NCBI GenBank assembly: GCA_009777815.1
Contig: WRLB01000001.1
Coordinates: 1-62,739, forward strand
Direction of reading: 5' to 3'
Source of the DNA: Bacteroidota bacterium
Lineage (GTDB): Bacteria > Bacteroidota > Ignavibacteria > Kapaibacteriales > UBA2268
Length of the DNA: 62,739 bases
Shown in pieces: positions 9,175 through 18,128 of this stretch; position 1 is the stretch's first letter, and each line of letters starts with the position of its first letter. The notes below the pieces were generated by a model that was not told the origin of the DNA, ran no database searches, and saw only the letters and a list, made by a program, of their open reading frames with translations. The position numbers were made by a program, and so were the translations under genes.

Positions 9175-10233
9175 ATGCTAATAGAAGTATTTAAAAGTGG
9201 TTCTCATACAGATTCTAATGGAGTAAAAACAACATACTCATTAGAACAAATTAATCAAATAGTAAATTCGTATAATCAGTTTGTTGCTGAACACCCTAAC
9301 GACCTTGCACCATTAGTCAAAGGTCATCCGAAAAACGATGCTCCCGCTTACGGCTGGGTTAAACGCCTCGTTAAAAAGAATAGCACCATCTTCGCAGATA
9401 TTGAAGATATTGATGCTACATTAATTGAGGATATAAAAAAGAAAAAGTTCAAAAACTTTTCTGTCGCATTATATCCCGATTTACTATTACGGCATATAGG
9501 AATACTCGGTGCTGTTCCGCCTGCTGTGAAAGGGCTTAATAAGAATGGTATCGCATATTTCCATAATGATTTAGAATACAATGAATATAGACATTGTGTA
9601 GAAAGAAAAAGTGATGCGAAAAGTCCTAATGAAACTATTTCTAAAGAAACGATTTCAACAGAAAATAGTTCCGATAAAACCTATACAGCCATAGAAATAG
9701 ACGCTTTAACAGATGTTTCAGCAAGTATTTCAGCAGAAAATAATGAAATACAGAAACTAAAAGATATAAACGCTCTGCTTATCAATAAGTTACATTCTTT
9801 AGAGAAACAATCATTTCTTTCGTCAATTCAAACCTTTGCCGAATCTATTTGCTCTTCTCCGAACTCACCTGTAGCCCTCTCTCAAAAGGATGTGCTTATT
9901 GATATTCTTGAGCATTGTTATGACGTAGATAAAAACAATATAAGTATAAATGATATAGAAAATTATTCTTTTGCTTATAGCGAAAATCAAAACGGATTAA
10001 CAGCAAAAATTAAAAAGTTTGTATCAAATTTAAGCACCAATAACAAAGAATTGTGCAGTCCGTTAGAGTTAAAAGAATATAGTAATGATAATGCTTTTGA
10101 GGAATTCATTCACCCTAATGCGAAATTAGATTTAGAAAAAAATGAACTTCACAAAAAGATATTAAATTATATAGCATCGCATCCAGATATGTCTTATAGT
10201 GATGCACTTAACAATGTTGTTTTTCAAACGTAA
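9175..10233 (+). CDS. Hypothetical protein; N-terminal third resembles the phage GPO/Mu-I type capsid scaffold-protease fold, C-terminal half coiled-coil/low complexity
   Basis: 352 aa. MLIEVFKSGSHTDSNGVKTTYSLEQINQIV..PLVKGHPKNDAPAYGWVKRL..FADIEDID..FKNFSVALYP follows the P2 gpO N-terminal pattern from memory. Own TATTTTTG box at 9100-9107 and own terminator. Confidence 0.5.
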   Translation: MLIEVFKSGSHTDSNGVKTTYSLEQINQIVNSYNQFVAEHPNDLAPLVKGHPKNDAPAYGWVKRLVKKNSTIFADIEDIDATLIEDIKKKKFKNFSVALYPDLLLRHIGILGAVPPAVKGLNKNGIAYFHNDLEYNEYRHCVERKSDAKSPNETISKETISTENSSDKTYTAIEIDALTDVSASISAENNEIQKLKDINALLINKLHSLEKQSFLSSIQTFAESICSSPNSPVALSQKDVLIDILEHCYDVDKNNISINDIENYSFAYSENQNGLTAKIKKFVSNLSTNNKELCSPLELKEYSNDNAFEEFIHPNAKLDLEKNELHKKILNYIASHPDMSYSDALNNVVFQT

Positions 10234-10311
10234 TTATTTATAAAAAAAACCTTATTTTTGTATCGTAACATTTTGAATTCTTTTATAGAATTTAAATTTA
10301 ATCCCCCCTTT

Positions 10312-10339
10312 GCCACTACCTTCGGGTAGTGGCTTTTTT
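10312..10339 (+). terminator. Rho-independent terminator after 9175..10233
   Basis: GCCACTACC-TTCG-GGTAGTGGC followed by TTTTTT. Confidence 0.8.
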
Positions 10340-10388
10340 ATGTTCAATAAGTTGACAGAATAAAAAAAAGCAATTATGAAAAACGAAG

Positions 10389-10474
10389 ATGAATCCCAGT
10401 GTTAAAGTAGATGCTGAAACAAGTTCAGCAGGACAGCATTTTGTTAATTGTCATTCCGAACTTGTTTCGGAATC
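10389..10474. repeat. Palindromic element cluster (degenerate F2 half, two F1 hairpins)
   Basis: GCTGAAACAAGTTCAGC 10413-10429. GTCATTCCGAACTTGTTTCGGAATC 10450-10474. Confidence 0.75.
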
Positions 10475-11007
10475 TCATTATTAAAAAATGGTATTTTATT
10501 ATGAACAAATAATAGTAATATAACTCCACAAGTAACACAACTATCCGCTATATTAAATACAGGAAAATGTGTGTATTGTAAAAACCAAAAGTTAATATCA
10601 GGAATATCTACTAATATAAAATCTACCACTCCCCCATAAAATAAGGGTGCAGTTCCGTAAATAACACCATAAAAACATCTATCTATTCCGTTTCCAAATG
10701 CTCCTGCAATTATCAACGTAATAGCAATACCTGCTATAAATGGCACCTCTTTTCGTATTTTATATAAATAATATACTAACAAACCACCTAAAATAATAGA
10801 CATTAACGAAGCAAAAATTTTTGCCCATCCTAATTCAATACCGAACGCTATTCCTGTATTTTCTATGTAAGTTAATTGGATTATATTGCTAATTACAGGC
10901 AAAACTTCGCCGTAATCGAATAGTTGTTTTATAGTTATTTTCGTGACCTGATCTATAATTATTAAAATTGTAGCAATAAGATAATATTTAGTTATATTGT
11001 TTTTCAT
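10444..11007 (-). CDS. lspA: Lipoprotein signal peptidase (signal peptidase II)
   Basis: 187 aa, multi-TM. Motifs NTGIAFG, GNGIDR, VVDFI, FNIADS. The last 10 codons (EIPKQVRNDN) are encoded by the F1 repeat. Confidence 0.9.
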   Translation of the reverse strand: MKNNITKYYLIATILIIIDQVTKITIKQLFDYGEVLPVISNIIQLTYIENTGIAFGIELGWAKIFASLMSIILGGLLVYYLYKIRKEVPFIAGIAITLIIAGAFGNGIDRCFYGVIYGTAPLFYGGVVDFILVDIPDINFWFLQYTHFPVFNIADSCVTCGVILLLFVHNKIPFFNNEIPKQVRNDN

Positions 11008-11011
11008 AATG

Positions 11012-11019
11012 CAAAAATA
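11012..11019 (-). promoter_or_regulatory. -7 box (TATTTTTG on the minus strand), 5 nt from the lspA ATG; leaderless candidate
   Basis: caaaaata at 11012-11019; ATG at 11007. Confidence 0.4.
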
Positions 11020-11085
11020 CGAAAACTTTGCAAAATTATTGTAAAAATAAGGTGCTGTGACGAATACGATAGTAATAACGGGAAA

Positions 11086-11736
11086 TTATTTAGAATTAAT
11101 AACGCCTATATTTCTATATATTTCTATAAACTCTGCTAAAATCATTGCTGTTGCTCCCCATAAAGAAACTGCAGGATGGACTTCCCAAAATGGAACATCT
11201 ATTTCTTCGCCACGTATATTCCATTTCTCTACCTTTACATTATTAAATGAAAAAAAATCCAATGGTTTATAAAAAACCTCTTCTACTTCATCCTTATTAA
11301 CTCTAAAATCCAAGTAATTTTTAGCATATCCGACAACAGGAAATATATGTGAATTAGACGGCATAACATATATCGGAGTAAGTTCCCCCAAAACTTCAAT
11401 AGCATTAGATGGAATACCTATTTCTTCTAATGTTTCTCTTAAAGCGGTTTCTGAATTGGTCTCATTATTTTCTTTTTGTCCGCCGGGGAAACTTATTTGT
11501 CCGCTGTGGTCAAGTAAGTGAAAACTACGCAAAGTAAATACAATATGTAACTTTTCATTTACTTCCCACAATAACAATAAAACCGCACTTTTTTTTGATG
11601 ATTTAGTAGGAGGGTCTATTCTATTTACTCCATTATATTTCGGTGCAAGTAAAGAACGAGAGGCATTACCAGGAAGTTCATTTTTTAATTTTATTTTCAA
11701 TTCTGTAATGATTTGTTTTGTTTTTTCTGTTGCCAT
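11086..11736 (-). CDS. Nudix hydrolase, CoA pyrophosphatase-like
   Basis: Nudix box GQISFPGGQKENNETNSETALRETLEEIGI. I prefer the start at Met26 of the 241-aa ORF (MATEKTK, nt 11736) because a TATTTTTG box (11742-11749, minus strand) lies inside the longer ORF. Confidence 0.8.
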   Translation of the reverse strand: MATEKTKQIITELKIKLKNELPGNASRSLLAPKYNGVNRIDPPTKSSKKSAVLLLLWEVNEKLHIVFTLRSFHLLDHSGQISFPGGQKENNETNSETALRETLEEIGIPSNAIEVLGELTPIYVMPSNSHIFPVVGYAKNYLDFRVNKDEVEEVFYKPLDFFSFNNVKVEKWNIRGEEIDVPFWEVHPAVSLWGATAMILAEFIEIYRNIGVINSK

Positions 11737-11741
11737 ACACA

Positions 11742-11749
11742 CAAAAATA
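11742..11749 (-). promoter_or_regulatory. -7 box 6 nt upstream of the Nudix ATG; leaderless candidate
   Basis: caaaaata on the plus strand equals TATTTTTG on the minus strand. Confidence 0.4.
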
Positions 11750-11868
11750 CGAAAAATATTTTCGCATTCGGAAATGCCGAATAAGTCCAGTATGGCATTT
11801 TTATAAGTCACCTTATCTATAAATTCAAAAAAAATACTATATTTGCATATACTTAAAACAAATTAACG

Positions 11869-14088
11869 ATGGATTATATTCTCGGTGAAAATGAAAAAAA
11901 AGATTACGAAGAACTACTGAATAAATGCAAAAATAGATTCTCTGAATTTGATGAAAAATTATTGTATCTTGCTTTTAATTATTGCATTCTCGCACACGCA
12001 GGCAAATATAGAAAGAGTGGACTAAAATACTATACACATCCGCTTGCAGTTGCTTTTATACTTTTAGATGAGATACCTCTGGATTTGGAATCAGTAATAG
12101 CGGCATTGCTACATAATGTATTGGATGAAAGTGATGTATATAGTTATGAAGATATTAGTTTTGTATTTGGACAAAATATAGCGGCAATAGTAGAAGGAAT
12201 CACCCGAATAAAGTTTGTAGAAAGCCAGCATATAGATAGACCCGACCAATTAGATAATTACCGAAAACTACTACTAACATTATTTACAGACATAAGAATT
12301 ATATTAGTAAAATTAGCAGATAGGTTAGATAATATGCGAACTTTACAATATGTATCTACCGAAAGCCAATTAAAGTTTTCGCAAGAAACATTAGATATAT
12401 ACATACCTTTTGCTAATCGCTTCGGACTTACGAGAATTAAATTTGAATTAGAAGATATTTCATTCAAATACTTACGCCCTGATTTATATAAGGAAATAGA
12501 AGATGCTATAAAAGGCACTCACAAAAGCAGAACAGAGTATGTAAATAAATTCAAAGAACCCATAGTTCGCAGGTTAGAAGAAGAAACATTATTAAAACAT
12601 TACAACGTAACATACAGAATAGATGGTAGAGCAAAAAATATTTACTCTATTTATAATAAAACTTTAATTAGGAAAAAGCCCGTCAATGAACTTTATGATA
12701 TTTTTGCAATACGAATAATACTTGATACAAACAATCCTTTCCTTTGCGACTACGTATATGGTATAGTAGGAAGTTTATATAAGCCGATTCCTGAAACATT
12801 TAAAGATTATATATCTGCCCCGAAGCCGAATGGATATAGTTCGTTGCACACAGCAGTAGCAGGTCCAGATGATAAAATAGTAGAAGTTCAAATAAGAACA
12901 ACACAAATGCATCAAGCATCCGAAGAAGGTATAGCAGCACATTTTAGATATAAAAGTTCTGTCAATGGTGCAACTATTTTAGAAGACACACAAGTGCAAA
13001 AATGGCTCGATGAAGTTCAACATATATTCAAAAGCGTTGGCAAAGAAGATTCTAATAAATTATTATCATTGATATTGCAGACGCGATTGGCAGATAAAAT
13101 ATATGTTTTTACTCCACAAGATGAATTTAGAGAACTACCAAGTGGTGCAACGGTGCTGGATTTTGCTTTTAATATACATACGGATATGGGATTTCAGTGC
13201 CTTGGTGCAAAAGTAAATGGTAAGTTTTGTCTTGTTAATCATAAACTGAACAGCGGTGATAGAGTGGAAGTAATAACCTCAAATAAACAGAAACCCGAAA
13301 AAGAATGGTTAGATTATGTCGTCACACCACGAGCAACTACTAAACTTATTGAGTATTTAAAAAAAGAATCTAACACTACATTAAATCGTGGAAAACAACT
13401 ATGGGAAGATAAAAACATAAAACATAATTTCAGCGCTAATGAAGAAGATTTTGCTGATATGTTAAAGAAATATAATTTTGATGATGCAGCAGATTTTTAC
13501 ATAGCAATAGGTAACGGTTCATTAAATTTAGATGCTATTTATCCAATAATAATGTCTAATATGACAATGAACATTATTGATAAAGTTTATGAATCACAGC
13601 CAAATATGTTAGAAGTATTTACACATCTTGATTCCTATAAAGACAAAGAGTTTATGTTTTCTGATTGCTGTAATCCACTGCCTGGCGATTCTATTTTTGG
13701 AATAAAAATATCTTATAATCAAATAGAAGTTCATAATAGTTATTGCCAAAAACACAAAAAAATACTTGATATACAGCAACCCGATATAGTTTTATTAGAT
13801 TGGGAGTATTTTAACGATAAAGATTTTTATGCAAAATTATTTATAACTGCTAACGAAAGTAATGAAATTATAGATAAAATAATTAGCACTATTAACTCTC
13901 CTCATACTGATAATCATCCTCCCGAAACAACTAAAAACAATCAAATATACAATATAGATTGCGATTATATAAATGGCATTATTAACATCAATATAAGATT
14001 CGGAATTGCTAATAATTACTTTATTAAATCTATAACAGATAGTATAGCAAGTATTAGCGAAGTCCGATTGGTAGAAAGAATAAGATAA
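11869..14088 (+). CDS. rel: Bifunctional (p)ppGpp synthetase/hydrolase, RelA/SpoT family
   Basis: 739 aa. HD region (YYTHPLAVA..HNVLDE), RelA_SpoT synthetase region (YSIYNK..DIFAIRII..GYSSLHTAV..VEVQIRT), TGS (YVFTPQDEFRELPSGATVLDFAF) and an ACT-like C-terminus. TATATTTG box at 11838-11845. Confidence 0.92.
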   Translation: MDYILGENEKKDYEELLNKCKNRFSEFDEKLLYLAFNYCILAHAGKYRKSGLKYYTHPLAVAFILLDEIPLDLESVIAALLHNVLDESDVYSYEDISFVFGQNIAAIVEGITRIKFVESQHIDRPDQLDNYRKLLLTLFTDIRIILVKLADRLDNMRTLQYVSTESQLKFSQETLDIYIPFANRFGLTRIKFELEDISFKYLRPDLYKEIEDAIKGTHKSRTEYVNKFKEPIVRRLEEETLLKHYNVTYRIDGRAKNIYSIYNKTLIRKKPVNELYDIFAIRIILDTNNPFLCDYVYGIVGSLYKPIPETFKDYISAPKPNGYSSLHTAVAGPDDKIVEVQIRTTQMHQASEEGIAAHFRYKSSVNGATILEDTQVQKWLDEVQHIFKSVGKEDSNKLLSLILQTRLADKIYVFTPQDEFRELPSGATVLDFAFNIHTDMGFQCLGAKVNGKFCLVNHKLNSGDRVEVITSNKQKPEKEWLDYVVTPRATTKLIEYLKKESNTTLNRGKQLWEDKNIKHNFSANEEDFADMLKKYNFDDAADFYIAIGNGSLNLDAIYPIIMSNMTMNIIDKVYESQPNMLEVFTHLDSYKDKEFMFSDCCNPLPGDSIFGIKISYNQIEVHNSYCQKHKKILDIQQPDIVLLDWEYFNDKDFYAKLFITANESNEIIDKIISTINSPHTDNHPPETTKNNQIYNIDCDYINGIININIRFGIANNYFIKSITDSIASISEVRLVERIR

Positions 14089-14150
14089 GGATTTACTGAA
14101 TATTTTTTTATACAAAAATACTATTTTTGCAGAAATATATAATAAATATT

Positions 14151-14699
14151 ATGGAAAATTATATAAAAAAATTAAAAGAAATAATATTAAAATATCCCGA
14201 TTTATATCAAAAAAAAATGTATAAAAAAGGTGACCATTTGCTTGCAGAAGACAATATCGCAAATAATCTTTATTATATTAAAAAAGGTATTGCTAAAGTT
14301 GTTCATTATTGCGAAGGCAAAATGAAAGAAGCAACAATTCTTTTCTTTTCAGAAGATGAATTTATGTCTCCCTATAAAAGTTTTGTAGACAACGATGCTT
14401 CAAAATTTAGCATAGAAGTTATTGAAAATGCTGATATGCTTGTAATTAGCAAAACAAATTGGCAAAAATTAGAACAATTAGAACCCGAAGTTACACATTT
14501 ACTTAAAGATGCAGCACTGAATATAGTATATCAGTTCGCCTATTATATCGTTGATTATATTCGTTTTGATGCCAATAAACGATTAGAATCTATATTAGAA
14601 AAGAAGCCATCTTTAAGACGACTATCCGATGAAGAATTATCTAAACACTTAGGCGTAACGCGAACAACTATTAATAGAGCAAAAAAGAAAAATGTATAA
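14151..14699 (+). CDS. Crp/Fnr-family transcriptional regulator (cNMP-binding-like domain + C-terminal HTH)
   Basis: Beta-barrel-like N-terminal half; C-terminal LSDEELSKHLGVTRTTINRAKKK HTH. The ATG at 14151 is preferred because the TTG at 14127 sits inside the TATTTTTG box at 14122-14129. Confidence 0.65.
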   Translation: MENYIKKLKEIILKYPDLYQKKMYKKGDHLLAEDNIANNLYYIKKGIAKVVHYCEGKMKEATILFFSEDEFMSPYKSFVDNDASKFSIEVIENADMLVISKTNWQKLEQLEPEVTHLLKDAALNIVYQFAYYIVDYIRFDANKRLESILEKKPSLRRLSDEELSKHLGVTRTTINRAKKKNV

Positions 14700-14777
14700 T
14701 TTTATACAAAAAATGTTGAAATTTGACTTGCGTGCTTCGTTTTTTCTGTTTATTTTTGTAATTATTTTTTTACAAAA

Positions 14778-15359
14778 ATGCGTAATTATACTACAAAATT
14801 AGAACAACTAATAAAAAAATATCCTGAAAAGTGGGAAAAGAAAATGTATGATAAAAATGCTTTCTTGGTTGAAGAAGGTAGCACAAGAACACATAATTAC
14901 TACATAGAATCAGGAATAATAAAGGCATCCGTATTTAATGAAGAAATAAACGATGAAACGATAATTAATTTCTTTGCAAAGGGAGATTTTATAATATCAT
15001 ATGCTATTGATCCTAACGAAAGTAAAAAAGCAGTGCTTAACCTTGAGGTCGTAAAAGATGCAGTAATTCGTAGAATAACAATAAAAGATTGGTTTGATAT
15101 TAGAAATAAAGAACCAATAATAGTAACAAAAATTTTGCAAGAATGTTTAGATATGGTTATTAATAGATTAATCTTTAATGGAAAAATTAATGCACTACCG
15201 CGTGCAGAATCACGTTATAGAAAAATGTTTGAAGTTTTTCCTTTTTTTGCGGACCTAAAAGATAATGACGTTGCAAAAATTATGGGAGTAGACCCTCGCA
15301 CAATTACAAATATAAAACACAACAACAAAAAAATAGCAATACCGAAAGTTTTCTTTTAA
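14778..15359 (+). CDS. Crp/Fnr-family transcriptional regulator, tandem paralog
   Basis: 193 aa with the same architecture and the same opening (..KKYPEKWEKKMYDKN.. versus ..KYPDLYQKKMYKKGD..). HTH DNDVAKIMGVDPRTITNIKHN. TATTTTTG at 14751-14758. Confidence 0.6.
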   Translation: MRNYTTKLEQLIKKYPEKWEKKMYDKNAFLVEEGSTRTHNYYIESGIIKASVFNEEINDETIINFFAKGDFIISYAIDPNESKKAVLNLEVVKDAVIRRITIKDWFDIRNKEPIIVTKILQECLDMVINRLIFNGKINALPRAESRYRKMFEVFPFFADLKDNDVAKIMGVDPRTITNIKHNNKKIAIPKVFF

Positions 15360-15621
15360 ATATAGAAATTTTTCTTTTAAATACCGAAAACTTTCCTTTT
15401 TTTGTTCAAATTAAGAGTTTATTTTTGCAATTAGTTCTTTGGCAAAATTGTAATTGAAATAAATTTTAGTGGCAAAGCGGTGAGAGTGATGATGTCGGAT
15501 GGGTTATTGGCAGTTTAATTTCTGAAGCGTTATTGTTCTAACTGTCCATCGTTTTGCTTCTATAAAATTTCTACTTCAAATAGTCAGAGAATTATTTTTT
15601 TTATTTATTTATGGAGGACTT

Positions 15622-16431
15622 ATGTCACTCTTAACCTTAAAAAACAATAACGCTGAATACGAGATAATAGGAAAGGCGTTATTAAGCCCGGCGGAAGGAC
15701 CAAAGGGTAACAATGCAGTAATATCTGCTAAACTTCATAACACTATTAGAGTGCTAATAGTTTGTGCTGTGGTAGGCACAATGCTCTTTATAAGCCCAGA
15801 TAATGTATTCTCTGCTACAAGCAAAAAAACTTATTATGTAACGGTAGAATATATAGATTGCTATGATAATAATGGTAATCCTACTGGGCAACAATCAAGA
15901 ACTGAAACTTGGCGAAATAATAGTAGTGGTACCCCACTATACCAAGAACATAGAAGTTGTTCTGGGGAAACCTCTACATCAGGTAAAAAGCCATTAGTTG
16001 GATCAGATGGTGCAGATATTATTGAAAGTGCATCGACTAGAGCAACACTATTAGACATTCCACTTGCTACATCATTAGCAATGGATTACCCACCAATTAT
16101 TGATACAGTAGATGAATATGACGCACTCTACTATGAATTTGAGTTCCCATTAGATTGGGTGTATTTAAGTATTGCAAATACTTATATTAAGCAAACGTCA
16201 CATTCAGTAACAATATCAACAGACATTTTTGTCCAAGCTAAACTAGTAGATTTATCTACTGGAATAGAACTTACAGGATTCTATAATGTTGCTGTTGGTA
16301 CGGGTTATACCTTTGATGTAACTGATTTGCCAGAAGGATGTATTTATTCAATTATTATTAAACAATACATTCCTGAAGAAGATGATGATTTTATAATTAG
16401 AAGTCATAACTTCTGCAAATCAATTCAATAA
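15622..16431 (+). CDS. Hypothetical membrane-anchored/secreted protein
   Basis: 269 aa. One TM (IRVLIVCAVVGTMLFI) after a 40-aa N-terminus. GGAGGA Shine-Dalgarno 6 nt upstream. Nearest -7 box at 15420-15427 implies a leader of about 190 nt. Confidence 0.55.
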   Translation: MSLLTLKNNNAEYEIIGKALLSPAEGPKGNNAVISAKLHNTIRVLIVCAVVGTMLFISPDNVFSATSKKTYYVTVEYIDCYDNNGNPTGQQSRTETWRNNSSGTPLYQEHRSCSGETSTSGKKPLVGSDGADIIESASTRATLLDIPLATSLAMDYPPIIDTVDEYDALYYEFEFPLDWVYLSIANTYIKQTSHSVTISTDIFVQAKLVDLSTGIELTGFYNVAVGTGYTFDVTDLPEGCIYSIIIKQYIPEEDDDFIIRSHNFCKSIQ

Positions 16432-16469
16432 AAACTACCACAAAAAACAACTCAACAAAAAAACGTTTT

Positions 16470-16501
16470 CAGGCAGGACTTGTCTTGCCTGTTTTTTTTT
16501 T
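16470..16501 (+). terminator. Rho-independent terminator after 15622..16431
   Basis: CAGGCAGGA-CTTG-TCTTGCCTG followed by a 10-nt T-run. Confidence 0.8.
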
Positions 16502-16587
16502 ATGTAAGGACAAATGAAATGTTATAACGTGCTTGTTTTGGTATCTCCTCGCATAAAATAAGGAGACGTTTTTATAAGTTACTTTTT

Positions 16588-17307
16588 TCACTTTTTCATA
16601 CACGGGCAAATCAAATCAGAAATTTCTTTATCAATTTTATAATTCTGAAATGGCGTAAAGTTTGCTATCATTTTCTTTACGTTATCAAATTTTTTATATG
16701 CTCCATCTGTATTTTGCTCCCAATATGTCCTTGCTTGCTGATTAGAATAGCCGCAAAACTGCATCAATATCATAGCAGATACGTAACCCGACTGGTGCCA
16801 TCCGTTCCAACAATGCAAATAAACAGGTCCTAAACTCGGCTCATCTATTCTTTCTTTAATCATTTTAATAATATCTTCCTGTGTTTTACGGCTCATACCT
16901 GAATTTTGTATATATCGCAAAGTGTCACTATTTGCACTAATAAATACTTTGTTTTCCACTTTAGAAAAATTAGTTCCATACAGATAAATAGCACTACTAA
17001 ATCCTTCGCTACACAAGTTGTTGAGACCATCTTCGGGCAACGGATTTTGATTGTCACGCTTATTAGTTTTATGATAATAATTATTTGCACCACCTCGGTA
17101 AGCGATACCAAAAAGTATCGTTTTCATATTTCGTGTGCCATACAAATCATCAAAACCGTTACCGAAGTTATCAGTAATTTTTTCATTAAGGCAATTAACT
17201 TTATACCTATTTTTATAATAGGTTGCCTTATCATTTATGTTATTAAATGATTTAGAATAAAGAAACACATTCGCAAATAAAAACAATGCTACTAAAATTG
17301 ATTTCAT
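16588..17307 (-). CDS. Secreted Cys-based phosphatase-fold (PTP/DSP-like) protein with atypical P-loop
   Basis: 239 aa with signal peptide. P-loop-like LHCWNGWHQSG, i.e. HCX5 followed by Q where Arg is expected. -7 box (minus strand) at 17334-17341. Confidence 0.5.
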   Translation of the reverse strand: MKSILVALFLFANVFLYSKSFNNINDKATYYKNRYKVNCLNEKITDNFGNGFDDLYGTRNMKTILFGIAYRGGANNYYHKTNKRDNQNPLPEDGLNNLCSEGFSSAIYLYGTNFSKVENKVFISANSDTLRYIQNSGMSRKTQEDIIKMIKERIDEPSLGPVYLHCWNGWHQSGYVSAMILMQFCGYSNQQARTYWEQNTDGAYKKFDNVKKMIANFTPFQNYKIDKEISDLICPCMKK

Positions 17308-17370
17308 ATATTTTATTAAAAATAATTTTTATGCAAAAATACATAAAAATTGTAAAAAAAACATATTTAG

Positions 17371-17394
17371 CACGAGGGCTTGCCCCCGTGTTAA
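17371..17394. repeat. F2 GC-rich hairpin element
   Basis: CACGAGGGCTTGCCCCCGTGTTAA. Confidence 0.75.
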
Positions 17395-17439
17395 ATTGCT
17401 TAATCATTTTACTAAACTTATTCCTAATTCTTTTAATTG
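17393..17439 (-). repeat. Direct repeat R copy 1 (47 bp), a duplicate of the aspS 3' end
   Basis: AAATTGCTTAATCATTTTACTAAACTTATTCCTAATTCTTTTAATTG, identical to 18400..18446. It supplies the last 12 codons plus stop of the DUF2442 ORF. Confidence 0.9.
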
Positions 17440-17676
17440 ATTAACATTTACACTTTTTTCATATAGAGTTTCGGGAGCAATATCTATATCTTTCCCCCAA
17501 GAAACTGTGCCAAATGATGCTTTTGCTTTATTAAACTCCTTAACATCATTAAGAACACGATAGCATTTATAATCTAAATATCTTTTAAAATCAAATATCT
17601 TTATCTCGCCATTATCAAATTGTAATTCCAATTGATAATCGGGAAGAACCTGAACTTTTACTACATTTATTATCAT
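17404..17676 (-). CDS. DUF2442 domain protein
   Basis: 90 aa. MIINVVKVQVLPDYQLELQFDNGEIKIFDFKRYL.. is typical DUF2442. The C-terminal QLKELGISLVK is borrowed from aspS. Confidence 0.75.
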   Translation of the reverse strand: MIINVVKVQVLPDYQLELQFDNGEIKIFDFKRYLDYKCYRVLNDVKEFNKAKASFGTVSWGKDIDIAPETLYEKSVNVNQLKELGISLVK

Positions 17677-17678
17677 AA

Positions 17679-17939
17679 TTATTTTAATGGTTCTATTTTA
17701 CAAATATCTTCTTTATACATTGCTAAATCCCAATTTGCAAGCAATTCATCTTGATGTAATTCCATCCACGCTTTAATTAGCGCATTTTGCTTTTTGGGCA
17801 TTGCTCCATCAATCATTTCACACTCTTTTATGCTATAAACAGCATTATTAGATTGATAATATGCATGAATATGTGGTGGATTATGTTCTGTGTGATACAT
17901 CCTAATTATTATTCCATAAAAAACAGATATTGTTGGCAT
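17679..17939 (-). CDS. DUF4160 domain protein
   Basis: 86 aa. MPTISVFYGIIIRMYHTEHNPPHIHAYYQ is the DUF4160 signature. Lies 2 nt upstream of the DUF2442 gene (the usual two-gene pair). Confidence 0.8.
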   Translation of the reverse strand: MPTISVFYGIIIRMYHTEHNPPHIHAYYQSNNAVYSIKECEMIDGAMPKKQNALIKAWMELHQDELLANWDLAMYKEDICKIEPLK

Positions 17940-17958
17940 ATTTTATCCTTATTTATTT

Positions 17959-17990
17959 AAACTTATTCCTAATTCTTTTAATTGATTAAC
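17959..17990 (-). repeat. Direct repeat R' (32 bp), partial copy of R upstream of the DUF4160 gene
   Basis: AAACTTATTCCTAATTCTTTTAATTGATTAAC, identical to 17414..17445. Confidence 0.9.
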
Positions 17991-18052
17991 GTTTTTTAAC
18001 TTCTTTTATTCCTTTTATTACTATACAATTTTTGATTACATTATTTTTGCTA

Positions 18053-18070
18053 AATTAGTAACGTTTTTGA
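18053..18070 (+). other. Conserved 17-18 nt motif AATTAGTAACGTTTTTGA (copy 1 of 3)
   Basis: Also at 25855-25871 and 38336-38352, always on the plus strand and always shortly after a TTTG-type box. Confidence 0.6.
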
Positions 18071-18128
18071 TATTTATTTAAAGAATCCCCTATTTATCTG
18101 TTGTTTAAGCGATTTTGCCACCAAAAAA

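Noticed and set aside
14127-14150. TTG/ATG starts given by the ORF track at 14127, 28351, 46162, 34612 and 11811
   Set aside because: Each lies inside or upstream of a TAnnTTTG box that would be the gene's own promoter. Downstream ATGs fit homology and promoter spacing better.
15428-15621. Sigma-54 promoter or riboswitch in the long leader of 15622..16431
   Set aside because: The TGGCA words are not followed by TTGC at the -12 spacing, and I recognise no known riboswitch core. Kept only as a weak note in the findings.
16906-17250. Plus-strand ORF 16906..17250 and minus-strand ORF 16893..17111 inside the phosphatase-like gene
   Set aside because: Both are overlapping alternative frames of the 239-aa ORF, which has a signal peptide and a recognisable motif. 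They have no features of their own.
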